From a virus: DNA of 64,000 nt. The stretch is taken from IMG/VR virus record IMGVR_UViG_3300028177_000003, positions 25,530 through 89,529 of that record, one strand, 5' to 3'. Below are positions 34,601-44,322 of this stretch, piece after piece. The position numbers and the translations under genes are program-made. Positions within the stretch are counted from its first letter, which is position 1, and each line of letters begins with the position of its first letter. The notes below the pieces were generated by a model. The model ran no database searches, was not told where the DNA came from, and was given only the letters and a program-made list of their open reading frames with translations.

Positions 34601-35250
34601 GACTTACCCTTCTTTTGGGCTTTGCGGAGTGCTGCCGAAGCGGCTGCCAAGCCGCCGTCTGAAGTAGACTCCGACTCCACCTTGATCTGAGGACTCTCCC
34701 CGTCGGCTTTGACAATACCCTCAGGGATGAAAACAGGCTCCTCCGGTCCGTCAATCCCAGAACGTGTCGGAACAAGCTCCCCTGAAGAGGCAGATGCAGC
34801 TCGGTGCACCAGCTGCTCAAGCCGTTGCTCAAGACGTTGTTCAAGTCCGGAGAGCAGGTCGGGCTCAGTTCGGGCCGGCACCTGGAACCCCTCCAGCATG
34901 AGAGCCGCTGTCTCCCGGGCCACCTGGCGGGCCAGAGCACTTGCATCCTTCGGGCTCATCCCCTGCTGTACGATCGGCCGAGGGACGGGGAGAGTAGGCA
35001 TCGCCTGGGGCGGGGCAGTACGAGGGGCTGGGGCGGGCTTGCGAGCCTTCTTCGGGGCCCGAACCCGGCTTCTTTCCACCCGACTACGCTCCTTTTCGAC
35101 CACCCGGACCATCCCCATACGCTGCAGCTGCTTGACGCAGCTGGAACCCTGGAACTGGTCTGAGGTAATCCACACGGGCGAGTCCCGACCGACCGTGATG
35201 CCCAGGTCGTCGATGCGCACTGTAGTGTGTGGGGTTTCTACCAGGTACAC
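34597..35250 (-). CDS. hypothetical protein coupled to the actin-like gene
   Basis: 217-aa ORF, ATGA overlap. Confidence 0.65.
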   Translation of the reverse strand: MYLVETPHTTVRIDDLGITVGRDSPVWITSDQFQGSSCVKQLQRMGMVRVVEKERSRVERSRVRAPKKARKPAPAPRTAPPQAMPTLPVPRPIVQQGMSPKDASALARQVARETAALMLEGFQVPARTEPDLLSGLEQRLEQRLEQLVHRAASASSGELVPTRSGIDGPEEPVFIPEGIVKADGESPQIKVESESTSDGGLAAASAALRKAQKKGKS

Positions 35251-35251
35251 T

Positions 35252-35842
35252 CTACTCTCCGAAGATGTCGTATTCGGAGAGCATACCTTCTATGACCTCC
35301 TGCGCGATGGACTCGATTGCCTTGTCCCGCCCCTTGCGGATCCCTCTCTCCAGGAACGTGTACTTCCTGAAACCTGGGTGGCGCCAGAGCTTGTGTCCCT
35401 GACTGGGGTCCGGGGTCATACGCACGATGACCTCCCCATTTGAGCGTACAATCCGCGCATAGGGAACCTTGTCTCGGGTCAGCCAGGTCATTTGGAAGGA
35501 CCGGGGCCTCTGCGGGGAGGAGTTGTCTACGAAGCCGGGAGTCTTAGGGTTGGTGACATGAGCCTCAGCTGAGGGCCAGTCAGAGAAGATCTCCAGGGTA
35601 GACTTCCCCCGGATCCGAACCTGGAAAGACTCGGCGAACCTCCGAGTGTTGGGAATAGGGATCGGCTCTCCGGGAGCCCGCAGCCCCGACGCCTTCGCCG
35701 TGTCCGTTCTGATCTCCTCCCGAATGGAATCTACGATGATGTTCCCGACTTTCAGGAGCTGTTCGGACGTCAGGACAACACGAACATTGGCAGCCTTCGA
35801 CAGAGGCTTGCCGTAGACTCCGCGAAGGCGGTCTTTAGCCAC
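35252..35842 (-). CDS. basic virion morphogenesis (neck/tail-completion-like) protein
   Basis: RHPGF...FLERG C-terminal motif; next to head-tail gene. Confidence 0.5.
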   Translation of the reverse strand: MAKDRLRGVYGKPLSKAANVRVVLTSEQLLKVGNIIVDSIREEIRTDTAKASGLRAPGEPIPIPNTRRFAESFQVRIRGKSTLEIFSDWPSAEAHVTNPKTPGFVDNSSPQRPRSFQMTWLTRDKVPYARIVRSNGEVIVRMTPDPSQGHKLWRHPGFRKYTFLERGIRKGRDKAIESIAQEVIEGMLSEYDIFGE

Positions 35843-36106
35843 CTACTTGAACACTGCCGAACCCACCATGGATGACAGGAACTCGTCGCGGTACGACGAG
35901 GCGTCCTTCTCGTATTCCCAGGAAACGACCCGTCCGGTTTTGTAGAGGATGCCGCTCGTGCCTGCGCCTCCCCCGCGCAAGCGAACTTCCTTCCAGGGGG
36001 TCCCGTCGAACCAGACCCCCTCGGCCACTACCTGTACAGAAAGGCTGATGCTCCCGGCCTGCTTGGACAAGCCTTCTTCCGTCAGGATTGCCTTGAGATT
36101 CTTCAT
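35843..36106 (-). CDS. small protein with MKNLKAILTEEGLSKQA leader
   Basis: Leader resembles 38872..39174; GGAGG RBS. Confidence 0.6.
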   Translation of the reverse strand: MKNLKAILTEEGLSKQAGSISLSVQVVAEGVWFDGTPWKEVRLRGGGAGTSGILYKTGRVVSWEYEKDASSYRDEFLSSMVGSAVFK

Positions 36107-36109
36107 GTT

Positions 36110-38224
36110 CTACCTCCCACCTTTTCCACCGTATGTGGCGTTCTGGAACACGGGGGTGCGTCCCCGCTTCTCTCGAGCATCGGGGATGCCCTTCTTCTCG
36201 GACATCATGGGTCCAGCCTGGGGGTCCGTCCCGATGGGGTACGGAGCACTGTCCTCGCAAGGTGCGAGCTGGGGGCTCGTGTAACGAGTCTGCGGCCAGG
36301 GCAAACGCTCAAGGGCGGACATAGGCACACTGTACCGAATGTCGCCTGTGTCCAGATATCCGATCTGGAAGGTCTGCTGTAGGGTCCGTCCCCGGACCTG
36401 AGTTCGACGTACCGGACCGATTGAGTATCGCTCGCCGTTCTGCTTGACAATGAAGTCTCGCTGCGATGTCATCGGCGAGGGGCCGATCCAGACCTCGTAT
36501 GCGTGCTCCAGTCGTCGCCCGTTCGGGGTCTGGGTGACTCTACGGTCGGTGTCGTCAGGGCCCACGATGAGATTGTAGGGTCCCTCGTAGCCGCCGATCC
36601 AGCCTGTGCCGTAGCACATCAAACAGTTGTTCAAGGGCTGCTTGGAGTACGCCTCCAGCCGGGGGTCCCACACGCAATCGCACTTGTTGCCTGTCACCCT
36701 GCGAATAAACAGCTTGACCCGCTCCCCGCCCTGGTCCAGAATCCACTGGTTCCTCTTGATGGCCTCCCGCCACATGTAGTCGAGCTGCTCCGAGTCCATA
36801 GGAGACACAGGAGGACAGTATTCCAGCGGGGTCTCGGATAGCCCTGTGGGACTGGTGCCCGTGGTGTCTACAGCTACCGAGGCCACTCGGTAGAACACCT
36901 TGTGCCGGTTGTCGAGGGTGTTGTGTAGCTTCGCAGTGCGCTGGTAGAAGTAGCGGACCAGAACCTCGCTGGTCGCAGAGGGCGTGGGCGGGAGCTCAAA
37001 GGCTTCGGTGGCTGGGTTCCAGACCTGTTCCGTAGAGATGTCAATCTCCCCGGTCGGGCCGAACACTCCGGTCACCACTGCCCTCTCGCCCCCGATGTAG
37101 ACCTCCACATCAAAAGGTGAGTCGGCAGGGACCGCGTTCCCCTCTCTCTTCACAACAGTGGCGTGCTGCGTCTTGATGCGCCAGCCCTTGTTGTTCGGGG
37201 AGTCACTCTTGAAGACCCAGCCGGTGGACCAGGACACTACCTCAGCCGGGACCTCAACGATGTCAGTGCGATCCCTGTAGAACTGTGTTCCCACCGGGAC
37301 CCGGTTCACTCGGAAGTAGGGTCCCCTGTCCCCCGTGTCAGACCGGTAGATGTTGACCCCGAGAATGGTCCAGCGAGAGTTGTCTTGCCCGAGGGGACAG
37401 GGAGTGCCTGAGCCCCCCTGGGTCGCGGTGCGTGCGGGGAACAAGGTCGCCGAAGTGCTGGAGACTGTAATCCCGTTGCCTGTCGTTCCGGAGACAGCTG
37501 CCGAGATAAGGACGCATGTCCCTCCCCAGCTGGCAGTCACGTAGGAGAAGGGGTTGTCTGGATCGTTGATAGCCTCCGCCAGGGACACCCCCGCGTCGTT
37601 GATGTCGAAGTCTGATCCTCCGGGAGTGCGCCCCCCGTCAACCGCTGTCAGAGTGTACTGGCCGATGGTCAGGATCGTGAGGTCGGCTCCCCCAGAGAAG
37701 GTAGCCGCTGAGGCGATGATGACAGAAGAGGTAGACACCAGCGCGAAGCTGTTGCCCGCCACTCCAGCTTCATCGGCCAGTAGGGTAATGGATGTGCCCG
37801 CCGAGGTAGCTGAGGCGATCCCCCAGGCTCCCACGCTGCCGTTGTTGACGGCAGCGGCCAGCTTGGTCGCGACTACTGCGGGATCGGTGCTGGAACCGTC
37901 AAACTCGTCAGGGTCCGCAGTCTCTGAATCCACAGCTGTGAGAACAACGTCGTCGACTGTAATGGTCGAACCGACAGCCACGGGCGCGGACACGACGGTG
38001 AGAGTTGCAGTGGCTGCGGCGGCGATGGTCGGAGTGCCGTTGACAACTACTTCCACGACAGCCGTGGTCGACGTATCGACTACGGTGTAGTCGGGACCGG
38101 TATTGAGATCAGCCGGGTTGTCCCACCGAATGTCCGTGTCGGACAGGTGGAACGCGGACATCGCCGTGGCGTTTGCAGGGGGCCACGGGAACTGCCCTAC
38201 CAGAGTCTCGCAGTCAGTTGCCAA
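36110..38224 (-). CDS. large structural protein, putative head-tail connector with beta-rich N-terminal domains
   Basis: Thr/Ala/Gly-rich beta modules; C-terminal CDC..CLMCYGTGWIGGY..RDFIV..GERYSI. Confidence 0.6.
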   Translation of the reverse strand: MATDCETLVGQFPWPPANATAMSAFHLSDTDIRWDNPADLNTGPDYTVVDTSTTAVVEVVVNGTPTIAAAATATLTVVSAPVAVGSTITVDDVVLTAVDSETADPDEFDGSSTDPAVVATKLAAAVNNGSVGAWGIASATSAGTSITLLADEAGVAGNSFALVSTSSVIIASAATFSGGADLTILTIGQYTLTAVDGGRTPGGSDFDINDAGVSLAEAINDPDNPFSYVTASWGGTCVLISAAVSGTTGNGITVSSTSATLFPARTATQGGSGTPCPLGQDNSRWTILGVNIYRSDTGDRGPYFRVNRVPVGTQFYRDRTDIVEVPAEVVSWSTGWVFKSDSPNNKGWRIKTQHATVVKREGNAVPADSPFDVEVYIGGERAVVTGVFGPTGEIDISTEQVWNPATEAFELPPTPSATSEVLVRYFYQRTAKLHNTLDNRHKVFYRVASVAVDTTGTSPTGLSETPLEYCPPVSPMDSEQLDYMWREAIKRNQWILDQGGERVKLFIRRVTGNKCDCVWDPRLEAYSKQPLNNCLMCYGTGWIGGYEGPYNLIVGPDDTDRRVTQTPNGRRLEHAYEVWIGPSPMTSQRDFIVKQNGERYSIGPVRRTQVRGRTLQQTFQIGYLDTGDIRYSVPMSALERLPWPQTRYTSPQLAPCEDSAPYPIGTDPQAGPMMSEKKGIPDAREKRGRTPVFQNATYGGKGGR

Positions 38225-38575
38225 TCATCCTCCGGGTGCGGGACCCAGCGCCACCCCTTCGGGGGTGAGCTCCCACGGCGTCCCTTCCGGAATGCCCAGG
38301 ACCTGGGACTCGCTGTTGAGAAGGGCTCTCGTCTGCCCCTCCATCTGCGCGATAGAACGCACCAACTGACTCTTCCGCACCTCGATCCGCCCGATCTCAT
38401 AGAGAGCCTGGTGGGTGCTTCCTCGCATGTCGTTGATCTGCTGGTTGACCTCGGGAGAGATCTGTCCGTAGACCAGACGGGAAGAGTCCACCCCGTTGCT
38501 CGGATTGGGTGTCGGAGGCTTGGGGTCAGTGATGGGTGTCGTAGGCATGAAGTTCCTCGGGTGGGGTCGCAACAT
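38225..38575 (-). CDS. hypothetical coiled-coil protein
   Basis: Helical heptads; class B-like motif at 38611. Confidence 0.55.
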   Translation of the reverse strand: MLRPHPRNFMPTTPITDPKPPTPNPSNGVDSSRLVYGQISPEVNQQINDMRGSTHQALYEIGRIEVRKSQLVRSIAQMEGQTRALLNSESQVLGIPEGTPWELTPEGVALGPAPGG

Positions 38576-38637
38576 CCTACCCTGGGGGTGTACGAGTACA
38601 CTCAGACCGGTATAGGAGACCCACTGGAGAGTCGAAC

Positions 38638-38871
38638 ATGGAAAGAACAGCCCACGAGACCAAGTTCATCAACGAGTACACCCGCAAGTTGCTGGTGGAC
38701 TGGGCAAACGTCTGTCTCCAGAACGGGGAGCTCCCGGCCGACCAGTTCGACCCGGAGTCTGAGAACCCCTACGTGCAGCACGCCTTCAAGAAGGGCTGGA
38801 TCACCAAGCGGCTGCCTCGCAAGCTGACTTCTGGGGGCTGGGGCACCGCTGCGGCGTTCCTCAAGCGGTAG
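38638..38871 (+). CDS. hypothetical protein
   Basis: 77-aa ORF, GGAG RBS, high GC3. Confidence 0.65.
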   Translation: MERTAHETKFINEYTRKLLVDWANVCLQNGELPADQFDPESENPYVQHAFKKGWITKRLPRKLTSGGWGTAAAFLKR

Positions 38872-39174
38872 TTACCGGTGGAGGTAGCCTGTCAGGAACC
38901 ATTCATCCTGGCCCACTGCTCCGGTGTCCGACCAGTGGCTCCAGTCCAGCTCTGGGAACAACCGCTTCATACGAGCGAAGTCGGGGTCATTCTTGCTGGA
39001 GTTGCGATCGACCAGGGCCTCCCCGTCCTCGTACGAATCCTTCAGCTCGTTTGCCTCGTACTTGTAGTGAGGGCGGAGCGCCTTGTTGAGACGATAGGCC
39101 AGATCTTCGAAGTCGGGCTCGCCCCTGCGAGAGGCGGTCAGACCTTCATCGGCCAGGATACGACGAAGACTCAT
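38872..39174 (-). CDS. small protein with MSLRRILADEGLTAS leader
   Basis: Leader resembles 35843..36106. Confidence 0.65.
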   Translation of the reverse strand: MSLRRILADEGLTASRRGEPDFEDLAYRLNKALRPHYKYEANELKDSYEDGEALVDRNSSKNDPDFARMKRLFPELDWSHWSDTGAVGQDEWFLTGYLHR

Positions 39175-39548
39175 GGCTGGGTTACCTCTTCCTGAAGGTC
39201 GGTAGGGACCTCAAACGGAGCCTTTGAAGCCGGGGCGGCTGGGGTCGGCGTAGGTGCGCGCCCCGCCCCGCCTGTGGGGCCTCCGCTCAGGATCTGGGCG
39301 GTGCGTACGAACTTGTCCACGTATGCGATGCCAAGGATGGCACCCACCTCGAGGAAGGTGACGCAGATGGTGAGGGTGATCATCCACCACCAGTGCCAGG
39401 TGGACCCCTCGCCGATGCTGTCCTTCAGGATGAAGAGTCCGCACCCCAGGAGCGCCTTCGAAGAAAGCTCGGCGACCAGGTAGGCCATGAACTTCTTCGA
39501 CTGTAGAGGGCTGGTGTCCCGTATCTGAACTGGAGGGGTGTCTGACAT
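39171..39548 (-). CDS. membrane protein, holin-like
   Basis: LQSKKF followed by two TM segments; class B motif at 39562. Confidence 0.5.
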   Translation of the reverse strand: MSDTPPVQIRDTSPLQSKKFMAYLVAELSSKALLGCGLFILKDSIGEGSTWHWWWMITLTICVTFLEVGAILGIAYVDKFVRTAQILSGGPTGGAGRAPTPTPAAPASKAPFEVPTDLQEEVTQP

Positions 39549-39571
39549 GCCTTCCGGAAGAGATAGCGTTG

Positions 39572-42500
39572 CTAACGGTCCTCGTCGTACGTGAACAAGA
39601 AGCTCCCCCCGGTCACATACTGGGCTGCTCCCGGGTCCACGTTCTTAGCTGTCGTATCCGACCCAATCACATAGGTGGCCGAATACTCATAGCTGGTGGG
39701 CGCGGCTCCCACAGTCAGGGAAACCAGGATGTGGTTAGCTGTGAGCTCCTTGCGACGAGCGACGATCGCTGTGGAGGTCACATAGCCAGCAGCAGTCAGA
39801 GTGGCGTCGTCCGAGATGCCTACGATTGAACGCCCGTCCGAACCGATAATGTATGCCCGTCCCGGAGCCACGCCCAGGGCGGTCAACGACGCGGTCGCTG
39901 CCTGCAACGACATAGACACGTCATCCTGGAACACTGCACGGAAGCTCCCCACGGCCCCGCCCCCGTCTGTGGTAGCGTACAGCAGCCCGTTGTTCAACAG
40001 GTACACCGAAGCGTCGTTGGTGCTGAGGTCGGTAACCAGAGAGCTCTCCGAAGCGACATCAGTAGAGATGTCCTCCCGGACAATGGTGGATCCCAGAGCC
40101 GGAACCATCTTAGAGAGAGGCACCACCACATAGGAGACCCCTGTAGTCCCCTCAATCACGTGGACGATATCAGACTGCCGGACTGGGTCCCCCAGACGCA
40201 AGTTCGCGAAGAAGTTGGCGAGGTTCGTTCGCAGAGCGGTGTCCACAGTACTGCTTTCCCGACCCCGAATCAAGACAACCGTGGCCTCTACGTCCAGGGC
40301 GATGGGCAGGGCGTCCTTGGCGACTACGTCCGCTGTGGCGTGCTTGTTCAAGTTCACAGCGTCTTGCGTGAGAGACACGATGAGGTTGGTCGTGTACGTG
40401 ACGGTGAAGTTCTCGTCGTGCTCGTAGCTGATGAGCACCGTCGCCCCGCTGGCGATGTCCCCAGTCTCGGTTCGCACCACGGACAAGGCAGTGGTCTGAG
40501 TTCCCAGATTCACAGTGTAGTCGGGGTCGCCGCTGGAGTCGTCTGGCCCCTTGTAGGTGATAAGCCCAGTGGAGTCCTTCACGACCACCGTCAAGTAGTT
40601 GGCCCCCAGGTTGTCCAGGAACTCAGCATACTGACCCGTCAACACGTGGCTCTCATCTGTTACCGTGATGGCGTCGCCCGACGGAACCGCGCTTCCGTCA
40701 TCTGCAGTGTACGATGTGATCTGGAGGTAGTCCTGGGACAGGGTGCTCCGCCCGATGCCCAGAGGCGCGTCAGGGTGCACCAACAAGGTCGCTGTTGCCG
40801 CCAGCGTGCCACTTACTGTGCCGCTCACCGAGGAGATTGCAGTAGCGGGCTGACGCGGAAGAACGAAGTCGCTCCCCGCCCGACGACGGTAGGAGCCCAG
40901 CACTACGTCCGAAAGGTCTACTGAGGGCTGCGTCACTGTCGTAGAGAGCTGGATGGTGTCGTAGGTGAGGATGGTGACCCCGGTCAGGTCGAACACGTCT
41001 CCAGAGCTCGCATTGCGGAGCTCGTACCCAGCAGCTTCGTCATCCAGCATCTCTACGATGGGACTGCTGGAGGAGAGGGAAGTATCCAGGGCGCGGAAGA
41101 TGTAGTCCGAGGGGGTGCCTACAATCTCGAACTGGATGTTGTGTCCGATCTGGAAGGCGAATGCGAAGACATCTGTCACGGTGGCCAGGTTCGTACCTTG
41201 CACCCAGATGTCGACCTTCCCGCCCTTGTGCTCCCCTGCAGTATCCAGGTCCCTCTGCATCAGAGCATCCCCGGCGGACACTACGTTCGCCTTGACCACT
41301 CCGGGAACATCCGCTGCAGTTTGCAGGTAGCCTCGAGCTGTCCCTGAGTCTACCGAGGCCAGAGCGTTGCGAACTCGGACAGTAAGAGCCAGGTTAGACT
41401 CCAGGTTGTCCCCAGGCACCATGGCTGCCTGGTTGACTACAGAGACTGATCCGGTCAGGGAGGACACTACACTGCTGACCTGACCCACACCCAGGTTGCC
41501 TGCAGTGCCCACGGTCAAGGCCCGAACCGGAACCGTGACTTGGTAGCGACCGGTGACCGGGTCGTAGAACGAAGCCAGAGTGGCAAAGTCGATCGACGCG
41601 ACACGGGTGGTGGCGAACTGCACCCCGCCCCCGGCCACTGTCGTTCCCAGAGGCATCAGGATAGTGGCAGTCGGTCGGCGAGTGGTGAAGAATGTCACTT
41701 CCCCGACTGCAGCTGTTCCTGCCAGCCGTCGCTTCCCATAGTTGCTGGCGTAGGCTTCGAAGGCGGAGTCAATCAGAGCCTGGACATCCGAGGCCGACGT
41801 CAAGTAGAGGGCGGACTGGAGACCTTGCTTGTAGGGGCTCTGGGCGACCGGGATGGATGTTCCGGACCCGTTGGGGTCGTCAATCTGCAACAGCAGAGTC
41901 GGTGTCCGAGCCCTGTGGAAGAAGTCCAACACGAAACGAAGACGCTCCGCCTCAGAAGAGTAGGGGTCGATGATGGTGTCGCGCAGGATCGACCCCGCCT
42001 CCACCTTGACCTGGGGGTTCGAACGAAAGACTGCAGTGATGAACTGCTGCACAATGCTCTGTCTGGACACCGTGGGGAAGGCTGCCAGAGCTGTAGTGAC
42101 CGCTGTCGGGTGGCCCGAGACCTCTTCTGAGAAAGAGGACTCAAACTCCAGGTTCTGGGTCGTGTCATAGTAGACTGCGGCCACCACGTAGAACAGCGGG
42201 GTCTCTGACGGAAGCGCTGCAAACGAACCGACCTGCACCGTCGAGGGAGTGCTGGAAGACGTCGCCGAACGATTGTGTGAGAACGTGTAGAGCGTTGCGT
42301 TCCGCACCGTGGCGATTGTAACAACCACCCTGAGGTCCCGAGCCGTTTCCGGAATGGTGTAGGTCTGGTTGATGTCCGTCTGGAGTACAACCTCGTCCTC
42401 GTCCTCCTGGCGGCCGATGATCCGGTAGACCATCGGGTCTGCTACAGGGTCCCCCTCTGCGTCCACCTTGATGTCCGGCACCGCGTCCAGAGTGGCGAAG

Positions 42501-43036
42501 TTGGTCTCCTCCTGGACGGTAGTTCCCTCGTTGATTGTCTCCACGTTGATGCGGGTGTAGCCGCTGGCCCCACCGCCCTGGTAGGCTGATGCGTAGTAGT
42601 TCATCCCCTGGAAACCGGTGGTAGAGGAGGTCTCGGCTCGCACCACCACTGCTGTATCCTCCTGGGCGACGCTGATGTTCGTGGGTACTGCCCCCACCAC
42701 GCCCACATCGGAGCTCGAGACCAGCCTTACAGTGGCTGTAGTCTCGGGAGTAGTGGACCCCGAGGGAAGGATCGCCCGCACCTTGACAATGTTGTTGCCG
42801 GGCAGCAAGACGAGCCCGTTGGGTTCGCTCACTGAGTTGGGAACAGTCCAGGCCCCGTCGCCCCAGTCAAGCTGGCCTGTGTCAGAGGACCATCCGCTTC
42901 CGTTGATAGAGACCTGGGCATCCACCGCGTCGTCTGGCAGGGTGCCTCGAAGAAACTTGGTCTCAACCGTGGTGCTGTAGATCACCGTCTGGCGGAGAAC
43001 TCCGTCCGGACCATACACCAGGGGATTGGTTGCCAT
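39572..43036 (-). CDS. baseplate J-like (T4 gp6-like) wedge protein
   Basis: GSILRD, YGKRRLAGTAAVGEVTF, GTAGN, ESN.AL..R, GT..GY, VPGV..A.V, GKVDIWV. Confidence 0.85.
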   Translation of the reverse strand: MATNPLVYGPDGVLRQTVIYSTTVETKFLRGTLPDDAVDAQVSINGSGWSSDTGQLDWGDGAWTVPNSVSEPNGLVLLPGNNIVKVRAILPSGSTTPETTATVRLVSSSDVGVVGAVPTNISVAQEDTAVVVRAETSSTTGFQGMNYYASAYQGGGASGYTRINVETINEGTTVQEETNFATLDAVPDIKVDAEGDPVADPMVYRIIGRQEDEDEVVLQTDINQTYTIPETARDLRVVVTIATVRNATLYTFSHNRSATSSSTPSTVQVGSFAALPSETPLFYVVAAVYYDTTQNLEFESSFSEEVSGHPTAVTTALAAFPTVSRQSIVQQFITAVFRSNPQVKVEAGSILRDTIIDPYSSEAERLRFVLDFFHRARTPTLLLQIDDPNGSGTSIPVAQSPYKQGLQSALYLTSASDVQALIDSAFEAYASNYGKRRLAGTAAVGEVTFFTTRRPTATILMPLGTTVAGGGVQFATTRVASIDFATLASFYDPVTGRYQVTVPVRALTVGTAGNLGVGQVSSVVSSLTGSVSVVNQAAMVPGDNLESNLALTVRVRNALASVDSGTARGYLQTAADVPGVVKANVVSAGDALMQRDLDTAGEHKGGKVDIWVQGTNLATVTDVFAFAFQIGHNIQFEIVGTPSDYIFRALDTSLSSSSPIVEMLDDEAAGYELRNASSGDVFDLTGVTILTYDTIQLSTTVTQPSVDLSDVVLGSYRRRAGSDFVLPRQPATAISSVSGTVSGTLAATATLLVHPDAPLGIGRSTLSQDYLQITSYTADDGSAVPSGDAITVTDESHVLTGQYAEFLDNLGANYLTVVVKDSTGLITYKGPDDSSGDPDYTVNLGTQTTALSVVRTETGDIASGATVLISYEHDENFTVTYTTNLIVSLTQDAVNLNKHATADVVAKDALPIALDVEATVVLIRGRESSTVDTALRTNLANFFANLRLGDPVRQSDIVHVIEGTTGVSYVVVPLSKMVPALGSTIVREDISTDVASESSLVTDLSTNDASVYLLNNGLLYATTDGGGAVGSFRAVFQDDVSMSLQAATASLTALGVAPGRAYIIGSDGRSIVGISDDATLTAAGYVTSTAIVARRKELTANHILVSLTVGAAPTSYEYSATYVIGSDTTAKNVDPGAAQYVTGGSFLFTYDEDR

Positions 43037-43044
43037 GGCCTACT

Positions 43045-44229
43045 CTACCCGTCCAGAAGGAGGCGGTCTTTCTGAGTGCGGGAGAGCCCTGCCCTTTCTA
43101 CACCCAGAGGTTGACCGTTGGATCCGGCCAGAGCAATAGTGCCCGGCACGGTGAACACCGTCGAGATCCGAACCGGCTGTCCGGAAGCGTTTCGCACCAC
43201 TACGTCCACGTAGAACAGAGTGGGGTCGTCAGCCGATGTTCGCACGTCCACGTTGTCCACTGAATAGAGTCGCTCGCGGTTGCGAACGGTCTGGTACTTG
43301 CTCTGAGACTGCTGCGTAGCCTGGACCTGTCGAAGGGCGTTCGTGACATCCTCCCGGATGAGAGACGCCGACGCACCCGCAATCTTACGACCGATGCGAG
43401 TGGTCATCTTCGACCCGTAGCGGGGGTGGTAGGGGTTGGACCCCTGCACGGTCAGGATAGCCTTGAGGCAAGCCTGGTAGAGCAAGTCCTCATTCTGGAC
43501 GGTGAACAACTTGCCCTCGGTATCGAACCGGTAATCGTTCTCCACATAGGTCCCCATGCATCGAGGACACCGTTCGGGCATGGCCGTGTAGGTCACCTTG
43601 AAGTTGGGGTTCCCCCGAAGAGGCGATGAAAACTGCGGATACCGAGCAGGCACCAGCACTACCCCATCGGTACGCACCGTGGGGTAGACATCCTGCCGGG
43701 CAACCAGGTCCCAGGGAGGGTAGACCTCAGCCCCTCGAGCACCCGTCTGAAGAAACCCCAGGGAAGTTGCTCCCAGCCCGGCTACCCGAATGAAGCTCTG
43801 GGTTCCCGCTACCTGCCGATCTACCAGCTTGAGAGACCCGTTCTCATCGCTTGCAACAACCAGGTCCCAAGCGGAGGCCACCAGTCGGATATCACGCTGG
43901 ACTTGTGCAAGGGGGACTCGCTCTCCGACGGTGAGTCTTACTGAGGCGGTCCCCTTACTTGTGGTGACGGTGAAGAGGTTTCCGTCAGGCCCCACGGTGC
44001 CCGTGCACCTTCTAATCTGGTAGGGGGCTGCAGACGAGGAGACCAGAGTGGCCGAGGAGTGCAAGCCCCCAGCAGGGATGTACTGTGAGTCGTTGGCCAG
44101 CACCAACACACTGCCCGCACCTGCTACCGGAGCGCGGGTGCGGATAGAACGCCGATCGGCCCCCAGGGTCACCGGCTCCTCTTGGACCATGTGGCTACAG
44201 GGCCACCCGGCTCGGATCTCAAGACTCAA
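43045..44229 (-). CDS. baseplate wedge subunit with C-terminal gp25/GpW-like domain
   Basis: L.Q...KAILT..GSNPYHP.YGS; adjacent to J-like gene. Confidence 0.8.
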   Translation of the reverse strand: MSLEIRAGWPCSHMVQEEPVTLGADRRSIRTRAPVAGAGSVLVLANDSQYIPAGGLHSSATLVSSSAAPYQIRRCTGTVGPDGNLFTVTTSKGTASVRLTVGERVPLAQVQRDIRLVASAWDLVVASDENGSLKLVDRQVAGTQSFIRVAGLGATSLGFLQTGARGAEVYPPWDLVARQDVYPTVRTDGVVLVPARYPQFSSPLRGNPNFKVTYTAMPERCPRCMGTYVENDYRFDTEGKLFTVQNEDLLYQACLKAILTVQGSNPYHPRYGSKMTTRIGRKIAGASASLIREDVTNALRQVQATQQSQSKYQTVRNRERLYSVDNVDVRTSADDPTLFYVDVVVRNASGQPVRISTVFTVPGTIALAGSNGQPLGVERAGLSRTQKDRLLLDG

Positions 44230-44254
44230 GGCACCTCCTACCGTGGGGGTGCCT

Positions 44255-44269
44255 CATAGGCGAGCTACC
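44255..44269 (-). promoter_or_regulatory. Class B promoter-like motif upstream of baseplate genes
   Basis: GGTAG-N5-CTATG. Confidence 0.6.
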
Positions 44270-44275
44270 GCAGGA

Positions 44276-44311
44276 CCTCCGCTTCAGGGGCTGAGTTTCC
44301 TGAAGCGGAGG
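44276..44311. terminator. hairpin after rIIB
   Basis: 13-bp stem CCTCCGCTTCAGG/CCTGAAGCGGAGG. Confidence 0.55.
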
Positions 44312-44322
44312 GGGAGGCCGCG

